In this document: in pieces, positions 60,859-64,000 of the stretch
Position numbering within the stretch: position 1 is the stretch's first letter
How the letters are laid out: the number at the start of each line of letters is the position of its first letter
DNA from: Planctomycetota bacterium
Lineage (GTDB): Bacteria > Planctomycetota > Planctomycetia > Pirellulales > UBA1268
DNA: 64,000 bases
Direction of reading: 5' to 3'
NCBI GenBank assembly: GCA_014238855.1
Contig: JABAAH010000001.1
Coordinates: 49,886-113,885, forward strand
Program-made: the position numbers and the translations under genes
Notes under the pieces: model-generated
The model's database searches: none
Told to the model about the DNA's origin: nothing
What the model saw: the letters and a program-made list of their open reading frames with translations, nothing else

Positions 60859-62197
60859 TTATCCCGGTGAGAATTCCGAAGTCCAATAAACGACAATCAG
60901 CCAATGCGGTGAGCAGCCTCTACGGCCTGCAATACATTGGATATTTCGGTGATTTTTTCCGGAACAATATCCCGCAATAATGTGTGCGACATTGAGGGAC
61001 GCGTGCGCACGATAGCGAGCAAGTACACCGTGCCAAATCTAACAAGGACTCCATTGATCTACGCCCGCGGCCTTACACGCCTGCGCGATGAGTTTGTATT
61101 ATGCCAGCTAGAAAAATGCTTTCTCAGTCGATTATCGTCGATGAAATTTGAGCGTTCTCGTAGTACAAGTTCGCTCAAGATTAGCGACCGCGGAAACCGA
61201 TTCTTAACCCGAGTTATTCTTCGCCCATCGTTGAACGATTTCGATTGCCCTCGATCCGAGTGGGATAATACGCTTACACGTGTCATCGGTCTTGGACACA
61301 CCAAGTCGCCATAATGCCACGGTCGCAGACAATGACGTTCTCGTTAGAAATCTCATCGAGTGCAAGCCGGCATAATTCACTTGATCGCGCTGCCGTGCAG
61401 TCCATGACAACAAACATGTCCTGAAGTACTGGCGACAAGTAATTGAGCCCAGCCTCTACGTCATCGGACGGGAAAGGGCAGCGTTTAACCGTTTCACGGC
61501 AATTTCCAAGCGGTACTTTAGTCACGGCATCGAGTGCCGTTCATCGTTCCAACCCGATGAACTCATGCGCAACTGCCTACGCGAATTTTCTGCAGATCTC
61601 CGCGAGTAGCTTCAAGCACTGCGAATGCGTTTAGCGGACAACGTGGCCGCCACGCTTTGCGACCATTGACGTATCAACTTATTCACCTGGTACCGCGATA
61701 ATCACAATTGGCCCGAGTTCGTGAGCGACAACGTTCGATCGTGACTCGGGAGCATTCGCCATTGAATAGAATACCTGCCATCAAGCAACCTTCCGCAATT
61801 CGAGCGAGAATCGCCCACGCCTCATTCGTCGAATATAAGCGAGAAGCAATTCGCAGACAGTCAATTGTAATGATGCCACAATGTCCGCGAGTTGTTCCGT
61901 TATGTGTCGAATCTGCGTCTCGCCTTTGCTGACAACGAGCCTGTTGAAATCGTCACACATTGCGTTCTCGTTCAATGCGTACACACGCAGTAGATGCGCA
62001 CATCGCTCTCGTGATTGTTGAAAGCCTGCTTTACTGAGCCAGGCAGATTCGCCTATCGATGCGAACGCGTTCGTTTCCGCTTGGCTTGTCGACTCGTACT
62101 CGTAGTACTGATCTCGCAGTACTGATGTTAACTTTCTTTGTGGAACAGTTGGCGGTCCAATTTGGAACCGTGAGCAAACAGATGGATTCAGATCCGT
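60859..62197 (-). pseudogene. Tyrosine recombinase/integrase pseudogene (multiple frameshifts and stops)
   Basis: Fragments in three frames: a SAM-like N-terminal part (61781-62197); box I (VVMDCTAARSSELCRLALDEI, then GVSKTDDTCKRIIPLGSRAIEIV); and box II (KFHRR..) followed by AGVD...IWHGVLARYRAH, which resembles LGH...RYAH and includes the catalytic Tyr. Confidence 0.65.
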
Positions 62198-62275
62198 TTA
62201 CGTTTTGATTTTGTTCCCACTGAGGCGCGACCGCTACACGCGGTCAGTAATGAAACCAAAGTTTCAATCAAGTAG

Positions 62276-62349
62276 CGAGAGTGACGAGACTCGAACTCGC
62301 GGCCTCCAGCGTGACAGGCTGGCGCTCTAACCAACTGAGCTACACCCCC
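62276..62349 (-). tRNA. tRNA-Asp (anticodon GTC)
   Basis: Manual fold of the reverse complement: GGGGGTG-TA-GCTCAGTTGGTTAGAGC-G-CCAGC-CTGTCAC-GCTGG-AGGCC-GCGAG-TTCGAGT-CTCGT-CACTCTC-G. CCA is not encoded. Confidence 0.95.
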
Positions 62350-62739
62350 TTCGGATTTCACTATAAAAAACAATAGGAAACCTAGAGCGATAATGACTCG
62401 CAACCCTTCAGAATATAACAGAAAAACTCAAGCAAAAAGAGACCACCTTCTTTTCCGAAGAAAACGTATCGAGAACTGACAGCATAACCTCCATGATGAA
62501 TGCGTCCTAGTGCCCTCGAAAGAGGAATGAGGCTGCAATACGCGATGATCTCCACATTGGCTTTGCTCGAGAGCAAACCATACCTGCCATGATCCCGCTG
62601 CCCCTCCGAGAAAGATGATACACAGCCCACACGTGCCGGATTTTGTACAAACTAAATGAATGGGAGTAATCTATGTTCAACTGGTTACACTTGGGAAACA
62701 GCTTAATAATAGTTCAAATGATGAGAGGAGGTTTCATCA

Positions 62740-63081
62740 ATGCCACTGTTTGAAATCGAAACCGAAGCCCATATTATTATTTCTTGGGCTGAAGACGAAC
62801 ATTATGCATCGGCTGTCGTTGCTGAAGCCTATCCCCAAGAAAAAATACTCCGCCTTACTCGTCGCCCGCGGGATACATGGGTGGTCTCCAAGTCCGCGTT
62901 AGGAATCATTTCTGAAAAGACCGAGACACAACCACTTTTACCAAGTAATACGGCGAGAGACTGTCTCTCTCGTGCATCTGGCGACAAACTTCATGCCATT
63001 CGCCTTTACATGAATGCAACCGGTGACGATCTGGAGCGAGCCAGAAAAGTCATTGAATCAAACATGGTTATGGGATGGTAA
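62740..63081 (+). CDS. Hypothetical protein with ribosomal L7/L12 C-terminal-like motif
   Basis: A strong SD (GAGGAGG) lies 9 nt upstream of the ATG. The C-terminal DKLHAIRLYMNATGDDLERARKVIES aligns residue for residue with the L12 CTD core [26 protein letters not shown]. Confidence 0.55.
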   Translation: MPLFEIETEAHIIISWAEDEHYASAVVAEAYPQEKILRLTRRPRDTWVVSKSALGIISEKTETQPLLPSNTARDCLSRASGDKLHAIRLYMNATGDDLERARKVIESNMVMGW

Positions 63082-63122
63082 CTGAAACTCGAAGCCGATC
63101 GATTCTGAACAATGAGTCCACA

Positions 63123-64000
63123 CTACTTATTCGTTTGAAATGGAATTTGTGGACTACCAAGCTGAGCTTCAAATGAGGCCGGAGTGATGTTCTGACCCGA
63201 TCCCGACTGCCTCTCCAAAACATCTAATCGCTGATCCGAGTCTGGTGTACGAACGATAATCGGACTAGCAGGCTGATAACTCGAAGTTCCACCTGGCCTA
63301 TACCCTGGATCAGGTCGTCGGGACGTTGGTGGAACTGGTGGAGAGTGCATTGGTGACTGCAGTGGCAAGCCGCTGGTTGGCATAACTGACGGTGACTCTT
63401 CTGCAGAAGTCGTAGCAGACAGACTCTGCTGAGTCGTCGAAGCTGTTTCCTCAAATGACGTTGCCGGCTGCCCAAGAGAGGAGTTAGGCGTATCTGAATA
63501 CCGACTTCCTCCGCCGTGAGCGGCAGCAGTTGCTGCTGGAAACGCTGGTGCCACAGGAGAACTCATTGCAGGAGGACTATTAAATCGACTACCAGCCGTA
63601 CTGGCTGAAGACGGAAGACCAGCTACCCGCTGATCACCTAAACTTGAAAAACGACCACTTGGAGCATTATTCACTATTTGTGGAGCATTGCCTGCTGGCG
63701 AACCACTAAAGCGACTTCCCGGACTTGCTGCCTGAGGACCGCTAGCGATCTGACTCGTCGATGTGTCAGATACACCAGAACCCGCTGCTGGCACCGCCTG
63801 ATAAGGTCCCACCTGGGGTTGCGGTGATGTCGATGCAACTGTGTTCGGTGAAGGAGTGATCGGCTTAGCAGCAGGAAGCGAAGAACCGTACGTCACAGGA
63901 GACTGAGAGGAAGATGCTGCAGCAACCAAAGCTGCCTCCTGCCCGGGCTGTAAAGCGTAACTCTCAGGTGTGGATGTTGTTGGATACGGCTGTGCGGTTG
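63123..64000 (-). CDS. Low-complexity Ser/Pro/Ala/Gly-rich protein, C-terminal part (gene continues beyond the window)
   Basis: The frame stays open from 63123 to the window end. The TTG start given by the ORF track is probably not real. The composition is strongly biased (SSQSPV, PAAGSG, SRFS repeats). Confidence 0.5.
   Translation of the reverse strand, partial: TAQPYPTTSTPESYALQPGQEAALVAAASSSQSPVTYGSSLPAAKPITPSPNTVASTSPQPQVGPYQAVPAAGSGVSDTSTSQIASGPQAASPGSRFSGSPAGNAPQIVNNAPSGRFSSLGDQRVAGLPSSASTAGSRFNSPPAMSSPVAPAFPAATAAAHGGGSRYSDTPNSSLGQPATSFEETASTTQQSLSATTSAEESPSVMPTSGLPLQSPMHSPPVPPTSRRPDPGYRPGGTSSYQPASPIIVRTPDSDQRLDVLERQSGSGQNITPASFEAQLGSPQIPFQTNK

Larger units (their letters stand above)
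60099..62275. mobile_element. Decayed integrative-element remnant 3' of tRNA-Asp (left boundary uncertain)
   Basis: A multiply disrupted integrase lies directly downstream of the tRNA-Asp 3' end. Coding potential is low from 59.6 to 62.2 kb. A weak similarity to the tRNA 3' end at 60099-60128 may mark the far boundary. Confidence 0.4.

Noticed and set aside
62188-62403. 71-aa ORF containing GGVAQLVRAPACHAGGREFESRHSRY
   Set aside because: It is the translation across tRNA-Asp (62276-62349), a well-known artefact pattern, and not a protein gene.

Overview
This is a 64-kb chromosomal window. It most likely comes from a Planctomycetota (Planctomycetaceae-like) genome. That placement is an inference from gene content: a DUF1559/H-X9-DG remnant, a TAT-signal Gfo/Idh/MocA oxidoreductase, a prenyltransferase-like repeat lipoprotein, and many genes without a clear Shine-Dalgarno. 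Most of the window is densely packed housekeeping DNA. It holds rpsU, nadC, uvrB, a complete F-type ATP synthase operon (atpZ-atpI-atpBEFHAGDC), cysE, hisA/hisH, a shikimate block (aroK, fused aroD/aroE, aroC), mutL, an NtrC/NtrB-like pair, pnp-rpsO, an acyl-CoA desaturase, purC, an imuA-imuB-dnaE2 mutagenesis cassette, and assorted oxidoreductases and signalling proteins. Two intervals are clearly different, about 6.9-14.7 kb and about 59.6-62.3 kb. Both have almost no intact ORFs, both abut tRNA genes (tRNA-Gln-CTG and tRNA-Asp-GTC), and both contain decayed tyrosine-integrase genes. The most unusual structure is at tRNA-Gln. Two related integrase remnants lie in tandem, and each has a copy of the 5' half of tRNA-Gln to its right (one copy is the intact gene, one is a degenerate remnant). 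A weaker third remnant lies at the far left. This looks like serial insertion of elements that duplicate the 5' half of the tRNA, the mirror image of the usual 3'-half arrangement. I found no rRNA and no CRISPR array. I found no convincing intact multigene defence or otherwise novel system. The only intact cargo in the tRNA-Gln island is an overlapping two-gene cassette of unknown function. All family calls were made by eye from the translations, with no database search.
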